From assembly GCA_033763655.1 (NCBI GenBank), contig JANRKD010000027.1, forward strand, positions 4,707 to 68,706: DNA of 64,000 nt, written 5' to 3'. The notes below the pieces were generated by a model. That model worked only from the letters and a program-made list of their open reading frames with translations. It did not search any database and was not told where the DNA came from. This DNA is from Alphaproteobacteria bacterium (lineage in GTDB: Bacteria; Pseudomonadota; Alphaproteobacteria; Rickettsiales; UBA3002). The stretch's first letter is position 1; every line of letters begins with the position of its first letter. A program made the translations under genes and the position numbers. Of this stretch, positions 16,111 through 24,522 are shown piece after piece.

Positions 16111-16773
16111 ATGGGATTTCTCAGATTGATGCTGTTGGGGATTGCGAGCCTGTGGCTGGCACTGCTGGCCTATAACACCGTTTTCCCGCCCATCTCGACG
16201 TTGATGGCGGCACGCGCGGTGCGCTTCGAGCGGATCGAGCGCCGCTATGTGCCGCTGCGCCGCATTTCGCCGTATCTGGTGCGGGCGGTCATCGCGGCGG
16301 AAGACGGGCGCTTCTGCGACCATCACGGCGTCGATTGGTCGGCGCTGCAGGCGGTGGTGAGCGAGGTAGTCGAGGAGGACGATGCCTCGCATGGCGCTTC
16401 GACCATCAGTATGCAGACCGCCAAAAACCTGTTTCTGTGGCACGGGTTTTCCTATGTCAGAAAGCCGGTGGAGATTCCGCTGGCGCTGCTGCTCGATGCG
16501 GTCTGGGGCAAGCGTCGGGTGATGGAGGCGTACTTGAATGTGGCGGAATTCGGTCGCGGCGTTTTTGGCGTCGAAGCGGCCAGCCGACATTATTTCGGTA
16601 AATCCGCTGCGCGGCTCAGCATGCGCGAAGCGGCGCTGCTGGCGGCAGTCCTGCCCAGCCCGCGCCGACGTAACCCCGCGCATCCGAGCGCCTTTGTCAG
16701 CCTGTATGCGCAGAGCATCGCCCTGCGCGCCGGGGGCGTGGCCAGCGCCTGTGTTCGCCGCTATGGGGCGTAG
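16111..16773 (+). CDS. mtgA: Monofunctional biosynthetic peptidoglycan transglycosylase
   Basis: Contains the GT51 motifs AAEDGRFCDHHGVD, GASTISMQTAKNLFL and RRVMEAYLNVAEFG. It has a single N-terminal TM helix. Confidence 0.85.
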   Translation: MGFLRLMLLGIASLWLALLAYNTVFPPISTLMAARAVRFERIERRYVPLRRISPYLVRAVIAAEDGRFCDHHGVDWSALQAVVSEVVEEDDASHGASTISMQTAKNLFLWHGFSYVRKPVEIPLALLLDAVWGKRRVMEAYLNVAEFGRGVFGVEAASRHYFGKSAARLSMREAALLAAVLPSPRRRNPAHPSAFVSLYAQSIALRAGGVASACVRRYGA

Positions 16774-16848
16774 CCGGGCCTGCGCAGGAGAATGGAAATG
16801 GTGCAACGGGTAAGCGCACTGCCTTTGCCCGCCCGTCAGGAAAGAAAC

Positions 16849-16925
16849 TGGCGCACCCGAGACGATTCGAACGTCCGACCTTTGCCTTCGGAGGGCAACG
16901 CTCTATCCAGCTGAGCTACGGGTGC
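16849..16925 (-). tRNA. tRNA-Arg(CCG)
   Basis: The reverse complement GCACCCGTAGCTCAGCTGGATAGAGCGTTGCCCTCCGAAGGCAAAGGTCGGACGTTCGAATCGTCTCGGGTGCGCCA folds as a cloverleaf with anticodon arm TTGCC-CTCCGAA-GGCAA. Confidence 0.9.
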
Positions 16926-17287
16926 ATTTTTGTATGGGGTGCGGCCAGACCGGCCCGCCCGCAGATTGGCCTCACTACAGGAGCCAGGGCGCAAGGCCAA
17001 GCGATATATGCGCCGTCCGAGTTATTTTCCTGCACTTTATTACTGGAGGAAATCGTTGCCCACCGCGCATAAATGCGGGCCGTCGTATCCCTCTGCCGCG
17101 CCGGAAGCCTGAGGATAAGTCGGTGCATGGGGGCTATACACCGGGATAACTTCCCTAGGAATCTGTTTTTTCAGCCCTATATAAGGTGAGTAATCCACCG
17201 GGATTTCCCGATTGACGGGTGGGCGCAGTCCGTTCAGCGTGGGTTACGCAGGGAACGGGGCGAATTGCTGCAGCGCACACCTTGTGC

Positions 17288-17303
17288 CTACTATATGTTG
17301 TAT
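17288..17303. promoter_or_regulatory. Candidate NrdR box (CTACTATATGTTGTAT)
   Basis: By my own alignment it matches about 12 of 16 positions of the published NrdR palindrome acaCwAtATaTwGtgt. No partner box was found at the usual ~31-32 bp spacing. Confidence 0.2.
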
Positions 17304-17445
17304 GTGCAACAGCAGGTGTGGCTTTGCGGTTTTTGGTGAAGTGTGCCTGAAATGCACATGGGTTAATTATTTGAATAATAGAAGAAATTAAGCTTGCAAG
17401 TAAAATGAACAGGGCCATGTATGATTTTCTGCCTAGACAGAGGGA

Positions 17446-17461
17446 ACACAAGATGTAGTAT
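17446..17461. promoter_or_regulatory. Candidate NrdR box (ACACAAGATGTAGTAT)
   Basis: By my own alignment it matches about 13 of 16 positions of the NrdR consensus. It lies 95 nt upstream of the nrdA start. No convincing tandem partner. Confidence 0.25.
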
Positions 17462-17555
17462 CCACCTCCCGACGCTGGGAAACGGGGGCAAGGCCCCTGT
17501 TACCACCGGGAAAACAGGCTTTACCGACAACAAAAAACGCTAAGGGGTGTGAGAC

Positions 17556-19376
17556 ATGGCTGCTGGAAACATTACCGTCGATTATAGCCGCGATAAATAC
17601 CTGACCGATTTTGGCCGGGCAACGCTTGATGACCGCTACCTGCTGCCCGGCGAGAAATATCAGGATTTGTTTGCGCGGGTTGCCGGGTTCTATGCCGACG
17701 ACGACGCCCACGCCGCCCGGATTTACGATTACATCAGCCGCATGTGGTTCATGCCCGCCACCCCCATCCTCAGCAATGGGGGCACCACCACCAGCGAAAA
17801 CAAAGCGCGCGGCCTGCCGATTTCGTGCTTTCTCAATGAAACCGAGGATTCGCTGCAGGGCATTGTCGATTTGTGGAACGAGAATGTCTGGCTGGCCTCG
17901 CGCGGGGGCGGAATCGGCTCCTACTGGGGCAATTTGCGGGCGCTGGGCGAAAAAGTCGGCCGCAATGGCAAAACCTCGGGCGTGGTGCCGTTCGTGCGGG
18001 TGCAGGACTCGCTGACGCTGGCGATTTCGCAAGGGTCGCTGCGCCGGGGTTCGAGCGCGGTCTATCTCGATATTTCACATCCCGAGATTGAAGAATTTAT
18101 CGACATTCGCCGCCCGACCGGGGGCGACCCCAACCGTAAGGCGCTCAACCTGCACCACGGCATCGCCATTACCGACGCGTTCATGGAAGCGGTGGAGAAG
18201 GATGAGAAGTGGGACTTGCTCAGCCCCAAAGACAAGCACGTGGTCGAGACCGTCAAGGCCCGCGATTTATGGGCGAAGCTGCTCACCACCCGGATTGAAA
18301 CGGGCGAGCCGTACATCATTTTTATCGACACGGTGAACCGCGCCATCCCGCAGCACCATAAAGAGGCGGGGCTGTTCGTGAAAATGAGCAATCTGTGCAG
18401 CGAAATCACCCTGCCGACCGGGTTTGACCAGCATGGCAAAAGCCGCACCGCCGTGTGCTGCTTAAGCTCGCTCAATGTGGAGTATTTCGACGAGTGGAAA
18501 GCGCACCCGACCTTCGTCGAGGACGTGATGCGTTTTCTTGATAATGTGCTACAGGATTTCATCGACACCGCGCCTGAATCCATGGCTCGCGCCAAATATT
18601 CGGCAATGCGCGAGCGTTCGATCGGCCTTGGGGTGATGGGGTTTCACTCCTACCTGCAAAGCAAAATGATTCCGTTTGAATCGGTGATGGCGAAGGTGTG
18701 GAACAAAAAAATGTTCGAGCATGTACGCAAAGCTGCCGATGCGGCGTCGCTGAAGCTGGGTGAGGAGCGCGGGCCGTGTCCGGACGCGGCCGAATTCGGC
18801 AGCAAGGAGCGGTTCAGCAACAAAATGGCCATTGCGCCGACCGCGAGCATTTCGATCATCTGCGGCAATGCGAGCCCCGGCATTGAGCCATATGCCGCCA
18901 ATGCCTTCACGCAGAAAACCCTCTCGGGCAGCTTTCAGGTGCGCAATAAATACCTGAAGGCACTGCTGGCGGAAAAAGGCCGCGATACGGATGACATCTG
19001 GTCGCAGATTACGACGCAGGAAGGCTCGGTGCAGCAGATGGATTTCCTCGACGACAACGAGAAGCTGGTGTTCAAAACCGCCTACGAAATGGATCAGCGC
19101 TGGGTGGTCGAGCATTCCGCCGACCGCGCGCCGTTTGTCTGTCAGGCGCAATCGACCAACCTGTTCCTGCCCGCCAATATCCATAAACGTGATTTGCATA
19201 TGCTGCATTTCATGGCCTGGAAAAAAGGTGTGAAGTCGCTGTATTACTGCCGTTCGGCGAGCCTGCAGCGCTCGGATAAAGTGTCGAGCAAAAGCCAGAC
19301 GCCGGAAATCCAGCTCGAAATGTCGCTGAAAACCAAGCAGGCCTCAACTTACGAGGAATGCCTCGCATGCCAGTGA
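17556..19376 (+). CDS. nrdA: Class I ribonucleotide reductase alpha subunit (short form without an N-terminal ATP cone)
   Basis: 606 aa with the catalytic-site motif SNLCSEI. PFVCQAQSTNLF is present, along with the C-terminal redox pair in YEECLACQ. AAGGGG RBS. Confidence 0.9.
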   Translation: MAAGNITVDYSRDKYLTDFGRATLDDRYLLPGEKYQDLFARVAGFYADDDAHAARIYDYISRMWFMPATPILSNGGTTTSENKARGLPISCFLNETEDSLQGIVDLWNENVWLASRGGGIGSYWGNLRALGEKVGRNGKTSGVVPFVRVQDSLTLAISQGSLRRGSSAVYLDISHPEIEEFIDIRRPTGGDPNRKALNLHHGIAITDAFMEAVEKDEKWDLLSPKDKHVVETVKARDLWAKLLTTRIETGEPYIIFIDTVNRAIPQHHKEAGLFVKMSNLCSEITLPTGFDQHGKSRTAVCCLSSLNVEYFDEWKAHPTFVEDVMRFLDNVLQDFIDTAPESMARAKYSAMRERSIGLGVMGFHSYLQSKMIPFESVMAKVWNKKMFEHVRKAADAASLKLGEERGPCPDAAEFGSKERFSNKMAIAPTASISIICGNASPGIEPYAANAFTQKTLSGSFQVRNKYLKALLAEKGRDTDDIWSQITTQEGSVQQMDFLDDNEKLVFKTAYEMDQRWVVEHSADRAPFVCQAQSTNLFLPANIHKRDLHMLHFMAWKKGVKSLYYCRSASLQRSDKVSSKSQTPEIQLEMSLKTKQASTYEECLACQ

Positions 19377-19852
19377 CAGGCCTGACATTAGCCGCGTTCG
19401 CGTTGCTGCTGCTGGGCGCGCCGGGGGTGGTGCAGGCGCGTGCGCGAGTGATCATCCGCCATGCCAGCCAGTTGCAGGACGAAGCGGGGGTGGTGCGGGC
19501 CAGCCAGCCTTATCTGGCGCTGGTGCGCGCGCATGTGCTGTACGAGGAATGCGGTGAGGCGCTGGGCATCAGCGCGGCAAAGAGGCAGTATCTCCTTGCG
19601 CAGTTTGTGCCGGCGGCCAACGCCTATCAGGCGGCGTATCAGGAAGCTTTTGAGGCCCATGTCGGCGTGCCGCCGACGCAGGAGATGGTCGATGATATTG
19701 CCGCGTTTATCACCCGCCAGCAGCAGATGGCGGTGGATCGTATGGCCGGGATATTGCGCGACAAAGGCTGCTTCCAGGGCAAGGCGCTGAAACTGCAGCG
19801 TTACGTTGACGCACTCTACCAGCGCGACACGGCGCCGATACCGACACCTTAA
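19367..19852 (+). CDS. Hypothetical secreted protein encoded between nrdA and nrdB
   Basis: Start at MPVTGLTLAAFALLLLGAPGVVQARA (signal peptide), overlapping the nrdA stop by 10 nt. The codon third positions are strongly G/C, as in flanking genes, which supports real coding. Confidence 0.6.
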   Translation: MPVTGLTLAAFALLLLGAPGVVQARARVIIRHASQLQDEAGVVRASQPYLALVRAHVLYEECGEALGISAAKRQYLLAQFVPAANAYQAAYQEAFEAHVGVPPTQEMVDDIAAFITRQQQMAVDRMAGILRDKGCFQGKALKLQRYVDALYQRDTAPIPTP

Positions 19853-19894
19853 GCCAATCAAGCAAAAACATCCTTCAAAAACCGGGAGCCTGCC

Positions 19895-20881
19895 ATGAGC
19901 CTACTTGACGCCAAACCCATCTACAAACCCTTTGCTTACCCCTGGGCCTATGACGCCTGGCTGATGCAGCAACGCATCCACTGGCTGCCCGAGGAAGTGC
20001 CGCTCGCCGACGATGTGCGCGACTGGAAAAAGAACCTCGAACCTGCGGAGAAGAACCTGCTGGCGCAGATTTTCCGCTTCTTCACGCAGGCGGATATCGA
20101 GGTCAATAACTGCTACATGAAGCACTACACGCAGGTATTCCGGCCGACCGAAGTGCAGATGATGCTCTCCGCTTTTTCGAACATGGAAACCATCCATATT
20201 GCTGCCTACAGCCATTTGCTCGACACGATCGGCATGCCCGAGAGCGAATATACCGCCTTCATGAAATACAAGGAAATGAAGGATAAATACGACTACATGC
20301 AGCAGTTCGGCGTCAGCACCAAGGAAGACATCGCCACCACGCTCGCCGTGTTTGGCGCCTTCACCGAAGGGCTGCAACTGTTCGCCTCGTTTGCGATTCT
20401 GCTCAACTTCCCGCGCTGGGGCAAAATGAAGGGTATGGGCCAGATCGTGACCTGGAGCGCGCGCGACGAAACGCTGCATTGCCAGTCGATTATCCGCCTG
20501 TTTAAAACCTTCTGCGACGAAAACCCCGAAGTCTGGACGGACGAGCTGCGCTCGCGCCTGTATGTCGCCTGCAACACGATTGTGACGCACGAGGATGCGT
20601 TCATCGACCTTGCGTTTGGCGTGGGCGAAGTGCAGGGCCTGACCCCCAACGAGGTAAAAAGCTACATCCGCTATATCGCCGACCGCCGTCTTAGCCAGCT
20701 TGGCCTGCAACCGATGTATCAGATCGAGAAGAACCCGCTGCCCTGGCTCGACGATTTATTGAATGGGGTCGAGCACACCAACTTCTTTGAAAACCGCGTG
20801 ACGGAATATGCCAAAGCGGCCACGCAAGGCACGTGGGACGACGCGTTTGTCATCCACGAAACAACGCCCGACGCTGCTTAG
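19895..20881 (+). CDS. nrdB: Class I ribonucleotide reductase beta subunit
   Basis: Di-metal ligand motifs FFTQADIEV and NMETIHIAAYSH are present, with Tyr at the radical position. TEGLQLFASFA and RDETLH are also present. Confidence 0.9.
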   Translation: MSLLDAKPIYKPFAYPWAYDAWLMQQRIHWLPEEVPLADDVRDWKKNLEPAEKNLLAQIFRFFTQADIEVNNCYMKHYTQVFRPTEVQMMLSAFSNMETIHIAAYSHLLDTIGMPESEYTAFMKYKEMKDKYDYMQQFGVSTKEDIATTLAVFGAFTEGLQLFASFAILLNFPRWGKMKGMGQIVTWSARDETLHCQSIIRLFKTFCDENPEVWTDELRSRLYVACNTIVTHEDAFIDLAFGVGEVQGLTPNEVKSYIRYIADRRLSQLGLQPMYQIEKNPLPWLDDLLNGVEHTNFFENRVTEYAKAATQGTWDDAFVIHETTPDAA

Positions 20882-20889
20882 CGCCGCGC

Positions 20890-21072
20890 TTAATGCCGGG
20901 TTGCCGGCATTGTTGTCGCTTCATCCTCCGGCCCGAACTTATAGACGGGCAACTGGCGCGGCAACGGCTCGTGGAACAGTTCGCCCTGCGGGCGTACATG
21001 CTGCGGCAGCAGGGGAGTCGTGGCGTGGATACGGTTGGCTTGGGTAGCGTGTTGCGGGCTGTGCGGGTTCAT
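20890..21072 (-). CDS. Possible small protein (60 aa)
   Basis: MNPHSPQHATQANRIHATTPLLPQHVRPQGELFHEPLPRQLPVYKFGPEDEATTMPATRH. Third-position GC is high, but the 3' end is formed by the nrdB terminator hairpin. No motif recognised. Confidence 0.3.
   Translation of the reverse strand: MNPHSPQHATQANRIHATTPLLPQHVRPQGELFHEPLPRQLPVYKFGPEDEATTMPATRH
20892..20911 (+). terminator. Hairpin AATGCCGG-gttg-CCGGCATT followed by a T-rich stretch, downstream of nrdB
   Basis: 8-bp perfect stem located 11 nt after the nrdB stop, followed by GTTGTCGCTT. Confidence 0.5.
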
Positions 21073-21195
21073 AGTATTTGCCTTTCTCGAGGAATCAGCG
21101 TTGACTATCTCCCCGCTAAGGACGCAGGCGGGGATATGCTCAGTATGTTCGCCGAAGCTTAACAAAACGTTACCTATCCACAGGCGAGTGGTCGC

Positions 21196-21783
21196 ATGCC
21201 AGAAAGCGCTTCCGATAATTTGCTAATTGCCGCCGGGGCGGATGCTTTCGGCGATGGTGCGCACCCCAGCACGCGCGGCGTGCTCGAAGCGCTGGCGATG
21301 ATCGATCCATCCGTGTTCCGTCCGCGCATTGCCTGCGATATCGGCGCCGGTTCGGGCATCCTCAGCCTCGCGCTGGTACGCAAATTCGCCTGCTCCGTCG
21401 TTGCGGCGGACATTGCCCGCAGTGCGGTTGCCGCCATCCGTGCCAATGCGGCGCGCAACGCGATTGCCTGCCTGCCCCTTCCCCCGGGCGGGGAGGCGGC
21501 GGCAGGCGGTATTCTTCCCCTCCATGCCGATGGCTTCACCCACCCCGAGCTCGCCGCCCACGCGCCCTATGACCTCATTGTGATGAATATCCTGCCCGTG
21601 CCGCTGCGGCAGCTGGCGGGTGATGCCCATGCCCATCTGGCTCGGGGCGGGGTGCTGATTCTGGCGGGGATTCAAGAGGCGAATGAAGCTATGATTATTG
21701 ATTCATATCAATCGTTTGAATTAGAGTTAACCGCCCGGTTATGCCTCGATGGCTGGGTGACACTGGTCTGGCAGAAGCCTTGA
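21196..21783 (+). CDS. PrmA-like class I SAM-dependent methyltransferase lacking the N-terminal domain
   Basis: FGDGAHPSTRGVLEAL, DIGAGSGILSLA, VAADIARSAV...NAARN and DLIVMNIL align with the catalytic domain of ribosomal protein L11 methyltransferase. At 195 aa it begins right at that domain. Confidence 0.65.
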   Translation: MPESASDNLLIAAGADAFGDGAHPSTRGVLEALAMIDPSVFRPRIACDIGAGSGILSLALVRKFACSVVAADIARSAVAAIRANAARNAIACLPLPPGGEAAAGGILPLHADGFTHPELAAHAPYDLIVMNILPVPLRQLAGDAHAHLARGGVLILAGIQEANEAMIIDSYQSFELELTARLCLDGWVTLVWQKP

Positions 21784-21813
21784 TTTTTCAGAGACTCCCG
21801 CATGTCCGTCTAA

Positions 21814-21853
21814 GCCGCTCTGGCTGTTGGACGCAGCCAACAGCCAGAGCGGC
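21814..21853. repeat. Perfect 17-bp-stem hairpin GCCGCTCTGGCTGTTGG-acgcag-CCAACAGCCAGAGCGGC
   Basis: Read directly. Located 31 nt downstream of the prmA-like stop. Confidence 0.9.
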
Positions 21854-21870
21854 AAGACTCCCATGATGCA

Positions 21871-21905
21871 CCAGCACATTCGAGCCACCGGCTCGAATGT
21901 GCTGG
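21871..21905. repeat. Perfect 16-bp-stem hairpin CCAGCACATTCGAGCC-acc-GGCTCGAATGTGCTGG
   Basis: Read directly. Located 17 nt after the first hairpin. Not followed by a T-run. Confidence 0.9.
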
Positions 21906-21976
21906 CGCATCTTCACAGAATCTTCACATAACTTTCGTCCCAGGGCGTTAGAATGGCAAGGTGGAGAACTAAGATT

Positions 21977-22525
21977 ATGGTGAAACTGAACCTTACCGAA
22001 ACGTTGGATACCGGTGCTGCCGAGGCCTACAAGGCGCGCGCCACCCGCGCCAAGTTCAAGCAGCAAGTGTCCTATGGCATCGGCGCGGCGATGGTGTTCG
22101 GTCTAGTGACGGCCTTGGCGGGCGGCCTGAGGGAAATGGCGTTTGGTGAGGCAGTGGGCGCGGCGGCGACGACAGCAGCGGGAGCAGCAGCATCCAGTAC
22201 GCTCCTGCCGATTCTTGGATTGGTCGCACTGGGCGCATTAGGGGTCGGCCTGCTTTACCTGAGCGCGCAATATCTTTCGGAAAATACCCTGCTCGACCAG
22301 GCGCTGCAGGCTCGCCAGATTGGCGTGGCGACGCGCGGCCATGCCCCGAAAATTGAGCCGGAGGTGGAAGCAAAACCGACCTTATTTCCCGCCGCCGGGG
22401 CGTTGGCCGCCGCCCCCTCCGCGATGGAGCAGGAAAACGCCCCGCTCCCGCGCGTGCTGGCCGATACGGTAGCCATGCAGGGCATGACGCAGGAAAACGC
22501 CGCCCCCACACAGGTTAGAACATAA
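21977..22525 (+). CDS. Hypothetical Ala-rich membrane protein with two predicted TM helices
   Basis: Start at MVKLNLTETLD, with GGAGA RBS. The hydrophobic segments are VSYGIGAAMVFGLVTALAGGL and LLPILGLVALGALGVGLLYL. The stop overlaps the next start (TAATG). Confidence 0.55.
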   Translation: MVKLNLTETLDTGAAEAYKARATRAKFKQQVSYGIGAAMVFGLVTALAGGLREMAFGEAVGAAATTAAGAAASSTLLPILGLVALGALGVGLLYLSAQYLSENTLLDQALQARQIGVATRGHAPKIEPEVEAKPTLFPAAGALAAAPSAMEQENAPLPRVLADTVAMQGMTQENAAPTQVRT

Positions 22526-24522
22526 TGGCAGCTTCGGTCGAACAGGCAGCGCAGGAAGTATCGGCCAGCCAGCAGGCGGCGTCGCCTGCACTTGCTGCCG
22601 CCCCGACGATTCAGCCTGTAACTGCCCCCGCCGCCGCGCACACGCCCAACGGCCTCGATCCGATGGATTTCGTCCGCGCCAACCGCATCCATGTAAAGGA
22701 CGGGTCGCTGTTCATGGATCCGTATCTGGTGATCCATCCGCGCGAACTGACGGCTGAAAACGAAACAAAACTGCGCGAGAAACTGCGCCTGACCTATTCG
22801 ATTAACAACCCTTCGTTCTATGAATCCGCCGACCGGCTGGCGATTGCCCTCAATTTGGCGCAATTGGTGCCGGTCTCGTTGCAGGCACGGCACAGCAAGC
22901 TGCTGGATGGAATCAAAAAGTACAATGCGCAGGTGGCCTCGGGCGTCGATGCCGACCTTGCGAAACTGCAGCACGACAAGGAACACCCCTTCGCCTCCAT
23001 CGCCCGTGACACGCGCGAAAAACCCGAGCGCGACCCGGTGGGCATCGAGACCCTCGAAAATGGTGTGGCGATTTACCTGCTGTTGCGCCAGAAACTAACC
23101 TCGCAGGGTTACCTTAACCCGCTCAGCAGTTATGTCGCCCAGATGCAGACGCCCGATCAGGTGCTCGGCGAGCTGGCCGGGCGCATCGGCGTCAGCCCGT
23201 TGCAGATGCGCACGGCGGCGCTTCACGGCGGGCTGGAGGGCGTTGGCCGGTTGCTCGGCCTCGACCCGTCCTATGTGGCGGATGTCAAGCAGTTCAGCGC
23301 CCATGCGGCGACACAGGATTTCAGCCTCAACCTGATTGAGCACTGGCATCTCGGACGCCAGTTGCTCGGCCATCAGGCGCCGCTTGCCCAGAAAATCGAA
23401 ACCGGGATGGCGGCGCGGATTGAAAAAACCCTCGCCGAGGCGCGCGCGCAGGTGCGCTACCGTTTCGAGGTGCCCGCGCCCGTCAAGGCCGAAGAAACGC
23501 GCATTGCCCAAGCACTGAACCTGGTTGACCCTATTCAGCGGCAGCTGATGTTCGATCTGGGCTACGAAATCGGCTTCACCCCCGAAAACACCGCCGATTC
23601 GATTGCCAAATACAGAGGTGTCTACGGCCTGCACCGCAAGGCTGCCAACGATCTGCGCGATTTTAACGGCACCTACCATATTTATTTTTCGGGACGCGGC
23701 GACCTTAAAGGCTCGATGCGCACGCTGGTACATGAGGTGGCGCACAACCTCTGGCCCGACCAGTTTTCGGCCGAAGACGTGCAGAAAATCGACACGCTGG
23801 CGGCGCGCGATGCCGCGCATTTTTCGGCATGGCAGGGGGTGCTCGGCCAGCCGGATTATTTTGCCACGTTCGAGAAATTCTTTAACGCCTACCGGGCCGG
23901 CGACGATGCCGAAAAAGCCGCCGTCCTCGCCGCCGCCAACGACTGGCTGGCACCGCAGGGGCTGCGGGTGGACGCGCTGTTCCCCTATATGCGCGACGCG
24001 CGGGACTTCCAGTTCATGGTGCAGCATGCGTATGACACCCTCTCGGTCGAAGGTGCGCGCTATGCCAAAAGCGGCTATAACGGCACCAACGAGCGCTTCC
24101 GTGAGGTCATCTCGCGCTTTGCCGAGCTGAAGCAGGTGGAATACCGTTCCGAGCCGCAATTGCTGCATTTCCTTGCGCCCGGCCTCGACGATATCTGGGA
24201 GACGCAGTATCTCCCGCATCTTGCGCGCGTTCACCAGAAGCTGATTGCCAGCCGCGCGGCGGCGCATGTTCCTGCCCACCGCGACCTGCCCGGCGTCATC
24301 GCGTCCGAGGCGGCGATGGACGCGGCACAGCAGCCCAAAGTCGAGCAGCGCCCGACTGAGCCTGTGGGTGTTCCCGTCAAAGCGGCGGCGGATCGTATCG
24401 CCGACGGCCCCCCGCAGAACTCGGTGGATGCCACCAGTGCCGCGCTGATGGGCGGCGTGATGAACGATCGCGGCCTTGCGGCGGTGAATGCGCTTTCCGC
24501 CATGGGCATTACGGCGCGCTAG
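22525..24522 (+). CDS. Large hypothetical protein with an HExxH zinc-metalloprotease motif (family unassigned)
   Basis: 665 aa with HEVAH at codons 403-407 (nt 23731..23745), preceded by TYHIYFSGRGDLKGSMRTLV. The N-terminus is Ala/Pro-rich with no obvious signal peptide. Third-position GC is high throughout. Confidence 0.6.
   Translation: MAASVEQAAQEVSASQQAASPALAAAPTIQPVTAPAAAHTPNGLDPMDFVRANRIHVKDGSLFMDPYLVIHPRELTAENETKLREKLRLTYSINNPSFYESADRLAIALNLAQLVPVSLQARHSKLLDGIKKYNAQVASGVDADLAKLQHDKEHPFASIARDTREKPERDPVGIETLENGVAIYLLLRQKLTSQGYLNPLSSYVAQMQTPDQVLGELAGRIGVSPLQMRTAALHGGLEGVGRLLGLDPSYVADVKQFSAHAATQDFSLNLIEHWHLGRQLLGHQAPLAQKIETGMAARIEKTLAEARAQVRYRFEVPAPVKAEETRIAQALNLVDPIQRQLMFDLGYEIGFTPENTADSIAKYRGVYGLHRKAANDLRDFNGTYHIYFSGRGDLKGSMRTLVHEVAHNLWPDQFSAEDVQKIDTLAARDAAHFSAWQGVLGQPDYFATFEKFFNAYRAGDDAEKAAVLAAANDWLAPQGLRVDALFPYMRDARDFQFMVQHAYDTLSVEGARYAKSGYNGTNERFREVISRFAELKQVEYRSEPQLLHFLAPGLDDIWETQYLPHLARVHQKLIASRAAAHVPAHRDLPGVIASEAAMDAAQQPKVEQRPTEPVGVPVKAAADRIADGPPQNSVDATSAALMGGVMNDRGLAAVNALSAMGITAR

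Noticed and set aside
17190-17290. Possible cobalamin riboswitch upstream of nrdA, because of GGTGAGTAATCC and AGGGAAC elements.
   Set aside because: No B12 box (GCCACTG-like) is present and the order of the elements is wrong. A covariance-model scan would be needed, and I expect it to be negative.
17155-17451. 98-aa minus-strand ORF in the nrdA leader.
   Set aside because: It spans the AT-rich patch. It has no RBS, no motif, and a codon pattern unlike neighbouring genes. It is treated as non-coding leader.
21788-22066. 92-aa minus-strand ORF between the prmA-like gene and the membrane-protein gene.
   Set aside because: It is made up of the two long palindromes and the antisense of the start of the next gene. 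Hairpins explain the open frame.
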